From NCBI GenBank assembly GCA_038087875.1, contig CM075977.1, positions 40,920,001 to 40,984,000 on the forward strand: a stretch of DNA of 64,000 nucleotides, read 5' to 3'. This DNA is from Malacoraja senta. Its lineage: Eukaryota. Below are positions 1 through 11,603 of this stretch, piece by piece. The notes below the pieces were generated by a model. The model saw nothing but the letters and a program-made list of their open reading frames with translations, made no database searches and was not told the origin of the DNA. Position 1 is the first letter of the stretch; every line of letters starts with the position of its first letter. The position numbers were made by a program, and so were the translations under genes.

Positions 1-210
1 CTAAACGCCAGCGAGTAGAGACCCAATTCTGTCAAACTCAAATGCTAAGTAAGCAAAACTGATAAGATGAAACAAAATTTTAACTTCACTCACTATTATT
101 AGACATACAAACCTTGAAACAAAATGAATAACCAAAGTGTGTTATATCTACTCATAATCCTCACCAGTGTCTGAATAGATTAAGTCATGAATTAAGAAAG
201 ACCATCTCAC

Positions 211-328
211 CCAGGATTAATTTGTGCAAGAGCAGAATGTTTGTTGCTATGCCACACCCTAAAGTTGTGTGTATTCTTCCAGGCGGTAACAAAGAGAAGG
301 CCATAGTCTGCCAACATTTTCTCATTAT
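211..328 (-). CDS. AVL9: AVL9 coding exon (~human exon 13): (D)NEKMLADYGLLFVTAWKNTHNFRVWHSNKHSALAQINP
   Basis: Manual minus-strand translation matches the vertebrate AVL9 C-terminal region. AG acceptor at 329-330, GT donor at 209-210, 118 bp. Confidence 0.93.
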
Positions 329-615
329 CTGATGAAAAAGAAAAGTCATATAGGTATATTGCTTTAACAGTTAATGGTGTTCAGCCAATTATTCTGTTGT
401 ACTAGCATAAATAGATGAATATTAATTGCATATCATTAATTCACAGCTTATAGAGTGAAAACAGCAATGAAAAGGCTATCTGGAATATATATAACAATAA
501 AACACTTTTGACCAGTCAGTACTGTTCACGGCAAGAGCAATATAGACAGGTCCCACTACCATATCTGTTTCCCACATCAGAGAGATTTATTTCCCTTCAA
601 GATCAGATTCTATTT

Positions 616-2906
616 TTATGGATTAAGTTACTATATAACAAACCTACAGCTAGAATACTTACTAATAACATATTATCCTCGAAATTTCAACTATCAAGGG
701 GAAATAGACAAGGATGCTCATTATCACCACAGCTGTTTGCTCTCATTATTGAACCGCTAGCAGAAAAAATTAGAATACACCCTGATATTCATGGATATAA
801 TACTAAAGACTCATATAATAAAATATCTTTATACGCGGATGATATATTATTGTATATTACAAAACCTCAAATCACTATACCAAATATATTAAATTTAATT
901 GAAGACTTCGGATCTTTTTCTGGATATAGAATAAATTGGAATAAAAGTGAAATTATGTCAATAAAACCGAAAGATTCAACACATCTTTTAAAATTCCCTT
1001 TTAAAATAGCTACAGAAAAATTTAAATATTTGGGAATCGAAATTACCAGAGCATATCAAGGTATGCTCAGGGCAAATTTTGACCCCCTACTTAATAAACT
1101 GAATACATTAATTAAATTCTGGAAAACGCTTCCGATGTCTTTAATAGGCCGAATAAACGCAATAAAAATGATCTTTTTACCACAAATTTTATACCTATTT
1201 CAATCAATTCCTATATACTTACCTAAGAAGTTTTTTAAAAAACTCGACTCAGATATCACTAATTTTATATGGGACTATAAATCACATAGAATACAAAAAA
1301 CCCATCTGAATAAATCTAAAGTATTGGGGGGTCTAGCACTACCCAATTTTATGTATTATTATTGGTCAGTAAATATTAAAAACATGATTCAACTGATGGA
1401 TAACTCCGCCCAGCAAGTAGACTGGATTGTAATGGAGAAAGAGGATTGCTCCTCTAGAAACATTGGAGCGATCCTCCTCTCTCCAATGAAATTGAATAAC
1501 ATAAACTATAATAAGAACCCAATTATTCATAGTACAATCCGTATTTGGAAACAAATAAAACAAAATTTAAAATTAAGAAACTTATCACTTTTATTACCTA
1601 TAGTCAATAACCCTTCGTTTAGTCCTTCTATTATAGATAAAGCTTATACACAATGGGATAGACTAGGAATTAAAACGCTTGGTGACTTGTATGAAACTGG
1701 AAAATTACTTTCATTTCAACAATTACAAATAAAATATAAACTCGGAAATAATCAATATTTTAAATACTTTCAAATATGTGACTATTTGAAAAAATATATA
1801 AAAGATCATCATAATAACCCAGCAGATGTACTGGACGAGGCAATGCAGATAAAAGCGGAATCAGCAAACTTAATATCATATTTGTACAATATTATCTTAA
1901 ATGCACAAATACCATCTACGGAGGGTATCAGAAGAGACTGGGAACAAGAGTTAGCTATTAAAATTTCAAAGGAAAGTTGGAATGAATACTTATTAAAAGT
2001 GCATAAATGCTCGATTAATGTAAGACACACTTTAATACAATTTAAAATTTTACATAGATTATATTATTCGAAAACTAAAATTCATAAAATTTTCCCAAAC
2101 GTATCATCTATTTGTGATAAATGTCAATCCCAAGAAGCAACTATAGCGCACTCATTTGTCTTCTGTACAAAAATTCAAAAATTTTGGAATGAAATTTTTG
2201 AAATCTTTACAAAGTTATTTAAAACAAGACTGATACCCAAAGCAGAATGGGTTATCTTCGGAATAACGGAAGATGATCCAGAACTAAATGTGTTTCAAAA
2301 GAAATTAATGGATTATGGGTTAATAACTGGAAAAAAGCTAATTCTAAAATTTTGGAAGAAGGCTCCAATACCAACTATAAATATGTGGATTTCAAATATG
2401 TTTGAAACATTACACCTTGAAGAGATAAGACTCCTCCTAGCAGGTAAACCAGATCACTTCCACCTGACGTGGTCTGCATTTATAGAATTATTACAAACAT
2501 AGGGTGCAAAAGTACTTTAAAAAAATAAAAAATTGAGGTCGGGTAAGGGGGGATGATAGTTGAAGAGTTGGTATGTCCTATTTACGTGATGCTCAAAAAA
2601 AAAACATTTGTTTTTCTTTTTTTCTCTTTCTCTTTTCTTTTCTTAGGGCCTATTTCTTAACTCTTTTTCTTTTTGTTTTTAATTTCGTTCTTATAGGGTC
2701 TTCGTCCTTTTTTGTTGTTACATTTTCTACACTTTTCTACACTTGCACTTTTTCCTTCACTTTCTTCTCTCTTTCAATCTTTTCTTTCTCTAGTGTAAAA
2801 AAATAAATAAAGGGAGTACATTAATTGTAAGAAGATATAAATGACGAGTATTAATGTATGTGGTTGTAATGTAATGTACTTCTAATAAATAAAAATTAAA
2901 AAAAAA
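616..2906 (+). mobile_element. 5'-truncated L1-clade LINE (ORF2 RT C-half, Cys-rich C-terminus, 3'UTR, poly(A))
   Basis: ORF 508-2502 contains RQGCSLSPQLF, YADD, KYLG, GGLALPN and the CDKC..H..C knuckle. AATAAA and an A-tail end at ~2906. TSD AAGATCAGATTCTATTT at 599-615 and 2907-2923. Confidence 0.95.
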
Positions 2907-3339
2907 AAGATCAGATTCTATTTCTCTTTGAAAGCCACAAGTTCCCCACCTACCTGTCAGGCAATGCAGTCCCGATGCTCTGTGTATGCACCAACATTCG
3001 TAGCTCATTCACCGGAACTAGTTCCAGCAAAGGCTCATTCCCACTGAGTCCAGAAACTATTCCTCAAAAAAATTGTCTTGAACACAAAATAATTCTCCTT
3101 CTCTGCCCTTTGAACAATTCACATTCGCATCGACATCAAAATATCTTGGCCCCTTTCTTCCTTTCTCTTCCCCCCTCTGGTTTTATTTATTTCATCCTTC
3201 ATCAATTTTGCCACACACATTCTTTTATTTTTTCTCTGTATCTTCAACTTTACAATCCCATATGGCTATTTGCAATTTACCTTCAATCACACAAATAAAA
3301 TCGCTCTTGTATTCCATGCTGCTTAAGTAATCATCAGCG

Positions 3340-4035
3340 CAGCCACTGTACATGGCAGCTGCACCAACAGCCTGTCTTGTCTTTTTCTTCTTTTGCTGTT
3401 TTGGTCTGTGTTTACTTGTATGTTTTAGTGTACCTTTAGTCTTTGTATTATGTGGGGGTGGGGTTAGAGGAAACCTTTTTTAATCTCTTTCCTCAACAGA
3501 GATGTGACTAATTCATCGTATCTCAGTCTGCACTGCGGCTTTAATATCGTGGATCTGGCGTCCCTTTGTTAGGGATCGACTGCAGGAGCTTCGATCGCCC
3601 CGATGCGGGAGTTTCCATCGCCCCAATGCGGGAGCTTCGATCGCCCCGACTGTGGAAGTTTTGATTGCCCCGACCGCGCCAAAACACAAGATGGCCGTGC
3701 TGCCTGCATTGGTGCGAATGTGGACGGCTTTCTGACCGTTCAGGCGGACAGGGAGTGCAGAGAGAGTGACAGCGTACAACTCTGGTCACATCACGGTGAA
3801 GGAGTGTGTGTGTGTGGCCCGGACATTGAATTGATGGCTGTGGGTCACCACTTATGCTGTGTGCCCTGGGGATTTTCACACGCCGCTGTGGTGGCTGTCT
3901 ACGTCTATGTTTCTTTTTTTTAATGTGGTTATATATCTTGTTGCTTTTTTTGTATGACTGTTGGGAAATCAAATTCCTTGTATGTTTACATACTTGGCTC
4001 ATAAATTTATTACAATTACAATTAACTATAACTGA
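3340..4035 (+). mobile_element. Non-autonomous GC-rich retroposon (SINE-like) with internal 23-bp tandem repeats and a (CAATTA)n-like tail
   Basis: Four copies of GGAGCTTCGATCGCCCCGATGCG at ~3585-3677. The head resembles the elements at 4180 and 53590. Ends in a short-repeat tail. Boundaries approximate. Confidence 0.6.
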
Positions 4036-4179
4036 CAACACTTTTTGCAGTTAGAATGGATTTCCCAGATGACATAGTACATTCAATTAACTGTGGTGTA
4101 CTGCAGCCATTTAGTATGCAGGCAATTCTACACATTACATAGGAGTACCATTGAGTCAAGATCTTTCTTGACACAAGGA

Positions 4180-5099
4180 GGAGGAGCCATGTTGGGGAAC
4201 GGCTGCTAACCAGCAGCCGTCTGTTTAATTCACCTTTTTTTAATAGTTTTTAGTGTGTTTAATGTGTCCAGAATGGGGTGAATGGGGGTAATTTTATTCT
4301 TAGTCCCTACCTGGTCGGTGAGGCAGCTTTTTCTCCGGGCTGCCTCGTCGACCCGTCCTCGTGGCCTACCAGCGGGCATGGAGCGCCGTTTCCTGACGGG
4401 GACCGCCCAGCACCTTCAGCTTCGGTCGGCGGCACAGCGCTGGAGCGCTATCGGAGAGCGTAGCGGGCGATGCCTTGCCTGGGTCGCCGCGCTGGATCGA
4501 CACGCTGGAGCTCCGGTATGCGGTGACCGTCGAGATCAACACCTCCGGGCTGCGGGTCTGCGGAGCGACCAGCTGCGCCGACTTTAACATCGGGAGCCTC
4601 GTGGCTCCAAATCCGCGCGGCCCTGTCGGCTTCAGGTGCCATCGATCCCGCTGGGAAACCGGCCGTTCCAGCCGCTGCGAGGACTCTCCCGACGGCCAGG
4701 AACATCGGGCCTCCGTAGAGGCAACGGTGGCGGCCTCGATGGGCCCGACTCTGGGGAGAACTGGGTTGGGGACTGGACATTGTGCCTTCCCCCACAGTGG
4801 TAACCATTGTGGGGGGATGATTTTGTGTGTAGTGTTAAGTGTCTGTGTTAGTCTGTCCAACATGGCGGGCGGAAGGGAGAGTGTACGCTGGCGCGGTTTG
4901 GCTGCCGCTGCTCTCCCTTCATGTTGTGTTTTCTGAATTTTGTTGTTGTCTTTTTTGGATCAAATTTCTGTTTTTAATTTATGTATTGGTGTTGTCTTAT
5001 TTTACTGATTATATGTTTATATGTTTCTTAAATTGTAAGGTGTCCTAGAGACCTCGGTATTAGGCGCCCTTAAAATAAAATCTATTATTATTATTATTA
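4180..5099 (+). mobile_element. Non-autonomous GC-rich retroposon with an AATAAA..(TTA)n L2-like tail
   Basis: CpG-rich body, T-rich 3' region, ends AATAAAATCT(ATT)n. No credible coding motifs. Confidence 0.6.
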
Positions 5100-5101
5100 C
5101 A

Positions 5102-5465
5102 TCATGATTTCAACCTTGGACGTGTCTTCCTTCTTGAGATATGCTGCCTTGGGCAAGGAGTTTGAACCGGCCCGTCGCGGACGGAGCATGGATTCAGCCG
5201 CAGGACTGACTTACCATCACCCGGCGGGGTCACAACGTCAGAAGCCTGGATTGCCTCAGCGCAGAGGGAGAACAAAGAGGGAAGAGACAGAGACTTTAAG
5301 ACTTTTGCCTCCATCACAGTGAGGAGGTGCCTGGTGAACTCACTGTGGTGGACGTTAATTTGTGTTTATTGTGTGTTTTGTTATTTATTATATGTATGAG
5401 TGCAGGCAACGAAATTTCGTTCAGACCGAAAGGTCTGAATGACAATAAAGGAATCTAAGTCTAAG
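5102..5465 (+). mobile_element. 5'-truncated non-autonomous retroposon, same 3' family as 53590-54570
   Basis: The last ~200 bp (GACTTTTGCCTCCATCACAGTGAGGAG...CTCACTGTGGTGGA...AATAAAGG) align with 54360-54542. (TCTAAG)n tail. Confidence 0.75.
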
Positions 5466-6096
5466 GGGGGGGGGGTCACATAGAAAGCTTCCGGAAATGC
5501 TCTTATTTGGAAATATCTCACAATGCTGATGTGAACAGATCTTGTGGATTTGATTTAGGAATTACAGAACTGTACAGCATAGGAACAGGTCCTTCAGCCC
5601 ACAATGTCTGTGCCAAAGTAGATTAACAGTGCCACGTTAATCTCCTCAGCCTGCATGTCCATAACCCTCCATTTCCTGCGTATCTATGTGCCCATTTAAA
5701 AGCCTCTTTACACACCAATAAAAGCAATATAATAGAGTGGAACAAGGTAATTTTTTTTAGTGGAAGTTTATCTGGAATCTCGATGAACAATCCACAGAAT
5801 TTCTTCTTCACTCGAAGGAAATACTTTCTTGCCCACATCATGTCCCGCTCCTACCCCCATTCCAAACCCCTTCAACTTTAAGAAACGTTGTTAAAACCTG
5901 TTCCAAGCTTTCAGGGCAACTAAATTTAAACAAGACAAAATTGGCACAAAAATCAAAGCAAGAAAAGGAAAGGTTTGCCAGGGCATGGCTCAGAGCATGT
6001 TTTTTAATACACATGCCCGAAAGAAATTTTGAGATCCATTCTATTTTGATATTATTATATTAAAAACGTAAAATATATTCAAAATCTTATTCTCAC

Positions 6097-6316
6097 CTGG
6101 CTGCAATGTTGTAGCAAGAAGGGAATGAATATAGAGTGAAAACTGGGCCCTGATCCACTCATCTCCTCCTTCCCAACCTGTCCCATCGAGAAACACATCG
6201 TCTCTATTTTCAGTTACATGCTTCACCAAAAAGTCTGCAAAACGCAAGTCTGCTGTAGTGAGGTTTAATAGTTTGCGTAGTTCCGGATCATGTGTTTGTA
6301 TGCCAGCTTCTTCAAT
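6097..6316 (-). CDS. AVL9: AVL9 coding exon (~exon 12): IEEAGIQTHDPELRKLLNLTTADLRFADF...LLATTLQP
   Basis: Contains the conserved DGTGWEGGDEWIRAQF. AG at 6317-6318, GT at 6095-6096, 220 bp. Confidence 0.97.
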
Positions 6317-6507
6317 CTGTAAAAATATACAAGTTAAAAGAGCTTTGGATTCCTCTTATCTTTAAGAAATGTTTATTTATCTTCAGATTTGACAAAAGCC
6401 TCATGCATGTGAGGAGAGGTTGCTCTTTCCTCAACTTCAAATCATCTTTAACAATATTTCAAGGTATTTTGTTAAATAGTCATGGAGAAGCTCCACATAA
6501 TTTGTGG

Positions 6508-6825
6508 GTTTAGTTTAGAGATACAACATAACGGGTCCATGGGCCCATCAAGTCCACACCGATCCTCGATCACCTGTTCACACTAGTAGTATGTTATCAC
6601 ATTTTCTTATCCACTCCTTACACACCAAGGGAATTTACAGCAGCCAATTAATCCAACAAACCCACGTCTTTGGGATGTGGAAGGAAACCGGAACACCCGG
6701 AGGAATCCCACATGGTCACAGTTAGAATGTGCAAACTCCACACAGACAGCACCCAAAGTCAGGATCTAACCTGTGTCTCTGTGCTGTGAGGCAATAGATA
6801 CCAGCTGCATCACTGTGTCACCCTT
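6508..6825 (-). mobile_element. V-SINE (HE1-like tRNA-derived SINE)
   Basis: Minus strand shows a tRNA-like head, the V-domain GTGTGGAGTTTGCAC..TCCTCCGGGTGTTCCGGTTTCC and a (CTAAA)n tail. Confidence 0.75.
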
Positions 6826-6834
6826 CTTGGGTCA

Positions 6835-7235
6835 TACCGCATGGAAACAGGCCCTTCAGCTCAACTTTCCTTCGCCGACCAACATGTCCCATCTACACTA
6901 GTCCCACCTGCCTGCGTTTGGGCCATGTACCGCTAAACTTATCCTATCCATGTACCTGTCTAAATGTTTCTTAAGCATTGCGATAGTACCCGTCTCCTCC
7001 GGCAGCTTGTTCCATATACCCACCATCCTTTGTGTAAAAAAGTTATCCCACGGGTTCCTGTTAAATCTTCCCCCCTCCTCCCCTCCTCTTGATTCCCCTC
7101 CTCTGGGCAAGAGTCTCTGTCCATTACCTTTCCTGATTTTGTACATCTCTATAAGATCACCCCTCATTCTCCTCCACCGAAATAGTCCTAGCCTGCTCAA
7201 CCTCTCCCTACAGCTCAGGCCCACGAGTCTCTGCC
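6835..7235 (-). mobile_element. CR1/HER1-like LINE 3' fragment
   Basis: ORF 6898-7257 contains the CR1 C-terminal motifs RRMRGDLIE and FFTQRMVGIWNKLP. Confidence 0.85.
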
Positions 7236-7586
7236 AAATAACCAACAGAACTGTCAAGTTAATCTGTATAGCCCTCCATTCTTAATTTATCAAATCCATA
7301 AATAGTACATGTCTTTATATTGTATGATATAAATAGCAAAACACAATTGAATCCAGTGGGAAACATAACGGATTGATTTCAGGTCAAAATAGGGTTTTGC
7401 TGGCTGGCAATCCAATGGCAATCTAATGGCTCGTAATCATTTTATATAATATACATTACATTTTAATAGATCAGAGATTTTTAATGGGTTAATTACACTG
7501 CTAGCCATTCTATCATGCTTTCAAAAAGGTTAATACATTGTATTTAAAGCCATAAACTAAATTAGATTTTAGAGCATTGCACTTAC

Positions 7587-7721
7587 GTCAATCACTGCAT
7601 CACTCAGGTGTTTTTGCTGCCGAAAAAGGATATTTGTTGCCCCTGCAACAAACCCACGCACAGTGACATCAGAGAGAAGGTGATGCTGCTGCAAAGCCAT
7701 ATATGGTAAACAAAGATAACC
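7587..7721 (-). CDS. AVL9: AVL9 coding exon (~exon 11): GYLCLPYMALQQHHLLSDVTVRGFVAGATNILFRQQKHLSDAVID
   Basis: Near-identical to vertebrate AVL9. AG at 7722-7723, GT at 7585-7586, 135 bp. Confidence 0.97.
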
Positions 7722-7844
7722 CTGCAAAAAAGGATTAGTGTCACTAATTTTCAAATGTAGGCAATAATGCAATGGAAAACATAAAAACTAGTTTTTCCAA
7801 TTGCAGAGACCTGAAGAATTAGCAATCTGTAATTTCAGATACAT

Positions 7845-8000
7845 AAATACATAGACAATAGATCGGCCCTTCGAGCCAGCACCGCCATTCAATGTGATCA
7901 TGGCTGATCATCCACAATCAGTACCCCGTTCCTGCCTTCTCCCCATACCCCTTGATTCCACTAGCCCTAAGAGCTCTATCTAACTCCCTTTTGAATACTC
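7845..8000 (-). mobile_element. CR1 3' end fragment
   Basis: Reverse complement of the CR1 3'UTR seen at 11480-11600. Confidence 0.75.
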
Positions 8001-8163
8001 CCCACCCTGACATGATATTCTGAAAAGAAAGACTAGTTTTGTCCAACGGTAAATTAATTTAACTAACAGTGTGTAATTTAGTTACATTAATTTGATTTTA
8101 CTGCAATCTCAAAACAATCAAGAAAACAAAACTAGCATGAAAATTGCCATTTAAAATTATAAG

Positions 8164-8905
8164 GTAGCAAAAATGCTGGAGACTCAGCGGGTGAGGCAGA
8201 GATCAGGTTGGTTATTGCAAACTGAGCTGAGGTGTTGGGCGAAGCGATTGCCAAGCCTGCGCTTGGTCTCACCGATGTAGAGCAGTTGACACCTGGAACA
8301 GAGGATGCAATAGATGAGGTTGGAGGAGGTGCAGGTGAACCTCTGCCTCGCCTGGAAAGACTGCTTGAGTCCTTGGATGGAGTCAAGGGGAGAGGTAAAG
8401 CGACAAGTGTAGCATTTCCTGCAGTTGCAAGGGAAAGTACCAGGGGAGGGGATGGTTTGGGTGGGAAGGGACGAATTGACCAGGGAGTTACGGAGGGAAT
8501 TCCCAGTGGCTCAGCACTTCAACTCCCCCTCCTATTCCGAATCCGTCCTTTCTGTCCTGGGCCTCCGCCATGGCCAGAGTGAGTCCCACTGTAAATTGGA
8601 GGAGCAGCACCTCATATTTCGCTTGGGTAGTTTACACCCCAGTGGTATGAACATTGACTTCTCCAATTTTAGGTAGTCCTTGCTTTCTCCCTCCTTCCCC
8701 TCCCCTTCCCAGCTCTCCCACAGCCTACTGTCTCCGCCACTTCCTTTCTTTTTTCCGCCCCCCTCCCCCCATATCAGTCTGAAGAAGGGTCTCGACCCGA
8801 AACGTCACTTATTCCTTCGCTCCATAGATGCTGCTTCACCCGCTGAGTTTCTCCAGCATTTTTGTCTACCTTCGATTTTTCCAACATCTGCAGTTCTTTC
8901 TTAAA
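8164..8905 (+). mobile_element. Penelope-like element fragment with inverted 5' part, GIY-YIG C-terminus and pseudo-LTR
   Basis: VAQHFNSPS..KLEEQHLIFRLGSLHPSGMNIDF. 8161-8199 is the reverse complement of 8831-8872. Flanked by the 16-bp direct repeat CATTTAAAATTATAAG at 8148-8163 and 8906-8921. Confidence 0.88.
8773..8812 (+). ncRNA. Minimal type I hammerhead ribozyme motif in the Penelope pLTR
   Basis: atcagt-CTGAAGA-a-gggtc(tc)gaccc-GAAA-cg-TC-acttat: intact core, stem II, minimal stem III, GUC cleavage triplet, stem I 5/6 paired. Confidence 0.8.
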
Positions 8906-9074
8906 CATTTAAAATTATAAGATTGGTCAAAATTATATGAACACCCAATTTCTAAAAATGCAGTGGCTACTTGATGTAATTTTAAACTGCAGTTTCAAAC
9001 AATTTGTGTACTGGATTAGTTTTACACTTAAACAATATAAACTATGAAAATAGTCTCTGTGGCAGACTGTTGCC

Positions 9075-9516
9075 AGGACTAGAGGGTCTGAGGAGAGGTT
9101 GAGTCGGCTGGGACTCTATTCCTTGGAGCGCTGGAGGTGAGGGGTGATCTCATAGAGGTGTATAAGATCATGAGAGGAATAGATCGGGTAGATGCACAGA
9201 GTCTCTTGCCCAGAGTAGTTGAATCGAGGACCAGGGGACATAGGTTTATGGTGAAGGGGAAAAGATTAATAGGAATCTGAGGGGTAGCTTTTTCACACAA
9301 AGGGTGGTGGATGTAAAGAACAAGCTGCCAGAGGAGGTAGTTGAGGCAGGGACTATCTCAACATTTAAGAAACAGTTAGATAGGTACATGGATAGGACAG
9401 GTTTGGTGGGATATGGACCAAATGCGGGCAGGTGGGACTAGTGTAGGTGGGACATGCTGGCCGGTGTGGCCAAGATGGGCCGAGGATCCTGTTTTCACAC
9501 TGTATCACTCTATGAC
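9075..9516 (+). mobile_element. CR1/HER1-like LINE 3' fragment
   Basis: RGDLIEVYKIMRG-type coding remnant and CR1 3'UTR. Similar to 19150-19607. Confidence 0.85.
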
Positions 9517-10144
9517 AGTCATTGTTCTCGCCACCTTTTTGGTTTGTCATGAAAATGCCAATTATCTAAGCTAACAGCAACTTGTGCACTCCCTTGTGTG
9601 TGTTTTGTCATTTTCTTTTCACACGCCAGAGAAGTCACTTCTAGTATATTTGGCAACAACTGCATTTACAATAAACTTTAGAAAGTTATATTAGCTTCAT
9701 TGCATCTCAAGTCCATTTGCACCTTGACAAAACCACTGGAGAAATTTGATGTCTTTTAGCATTGAGTTAGTTAGATCCAAAATACCTTACCTGAAAAGAT
9801 TTTGGAAGTCCTCATCATTTTGAAAGGCTCCATAAATTTACCTCTTAGCCTCTTCGGAACACATTCTTGAATCTTCTAACTAAAATCCCTTATTGTTGAT
9901 AATAACCTGGTAAATCACCATTGGACACTATTTGATATTTTACAATATCTTGGCAAAATGTGCATAATGGATTAAGACACATTAGCTATAAATTACATTT
10001 CTAGAATTTAGATTTATGAAAACAATCCACCATAATTTTTTCAGGCAAAAGGCATCCGTCTACACGATAATGCTGCCTAATATAAAGATTAGGATAAGCC
10101 TTGCTTGACAATTTAAATCAAAATTGAACATTTTTCAAAGTTAC

Positions 10145-10671
10145 CTTTGTAAAGATAGCTAAGGGCATTCCATACTGGTCTTCCTCTAGACCTGAAATTA
10201 AACCTGGAACTATCACAGTCTCAATTGTATTTGCCTGTGGTTGCACAGTGATTGGTAAAGATTGAGAAACCAAAGAATCTGAGATAAACACTTCTTTTTG
10301 ATTATTCTTTTCATTCATTGTCTCTTCCTTTGTCCCATTATCTGCATCAAGTATGCTGGTGTCCAAAGTTTCCCAATCACTTTCAGATGAATTGGGTGAA
10401 GTGCGTGGTGGAGGTCGTAATCTATCTTCTACTTGCTCGGACCTCGCTGCATCTGCAAAGCTTACCAGCTTTGCTGTAACATTTTTCTGATGATCTCCTG
10501 CTGGATATTTTGTGTCTACACTGAATTCTGAAGTAATACTTGAAACGTCTGACACAGAAATGGAAACATATTCTTCAGCATTCAAACCATGCTCCTGGAA
10601 AACGATATCTTCTGAAGTGCTTTTACGTGGTTTGTATTGTGACGCATCTGCTAAACCATGTTCTACCATTC
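10145..10671 (-). CDS. AVL9: AVL9 large coding exon (~exon 10): (G)MVEHGLADASQYKPRKSTSED...SSESDWETLD...GLEEDQYGMPLAIFTK
   Basis: ORF 10118-10699 with conserved AVL9 blocks. AG at 10672-10673, GT at 10143-10144, 527 bp, phase consistent with neighbours. Confidence 0.96.
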
Positions 10672-10865
10672 CTAAATAAATCATTAAAAAAAAAATCAAG
10701 ATTGCAAATTAATCAGTCCAACCTCTACATACAAAGAATAACCCAGTAACTCAAAGATGGGGGAAGAACAACTATATTCAATGCTTCTTAAGAATTTGAT
10801 GCTAAAGAAACCATAGGCTGCAAAATTCACTTAAAAAAAAAAAAAAAAAAATCAGGAGTTCCAAA

Positions 10866-11603
10866 AGTAACACTAGCAAATTTGCAGATGACACAAAGCT
10901 GGGTGGGAGTGTGAACTGCGAAGAAGATGCTAGGTGCAGTAGGCAGTGAAGAAAGTTAATGGCATGTTGGATAACAAGAGGATTTGAGTATAGGTGTAAA
11001 GAGGTTCTTCTACAGTTGTACAGAACCCTGGTGAGACCGCAACTGGAATATTGTGTGCAGTTTTGGTCTCCTAATTTGAGGAAGGACATTCTTGCTATTG
11101 AGGGAGTGCAGCGTAGGTTTACGAGGTTAATCCCTGGGATGGCGGGATTGTCATATGAGGAAAGATTGGAAAGACTGGGCTTGTATTCACTGGAATTTAG
11201 AAGGATGAGAGGGGATCTTATAGACACATATAAAATTATAAAAGGGCTGGACAAGCTAGATGCAAGAAAAATGTTCCCAATGTTGGGGGAATTCAGAACC
11301 AGGGGCCACAGTCTACGAAAAAAGGGGAGGCCATTTAAAACTGAGACGAGAACAAACTTTTTCACCCAGCGAGTTGTGAATTTGTGGAATTCTCTGCCAC
11401 AGAAGGCAGTGGAGGCCAATTCACTGGAGGAATTTAAAATAGAGTTAGATAGAAGTTTTGGGGCTAACGGAATCAAGGGGTATGGGGAGAAGGCAGGCAC
11501 GGATTACTGATTGTGGATGATCAGCCATGATCACAATGAATGGCGGTGCGGGCTCGAAGGGCCGAATGGCCTCCTCCTGCACCTATTTTCTATGTTTCTA
11601 TGT
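10866..11603 (+). mobile_element. CR1 LINE 3' portion
   Basis: FADDTKL remnant, ORF 10959-11510 (LVRPQLEYCVQFWSP, RGDLI), (TTCTATG)n tail. Confidence 0.92.

Noticed and set aside
508-615. N-terminal extension of the 664-aa ORF
   Set aside because: Lies outside the L1 TSD; chance read-through from intronic DNA with a non-ATG start.
3585-3677. 23-bp repeats as a possible CRISPR-like array
   Set aside because: Head-to-tail tandem copies without spacers inside a retroposon.
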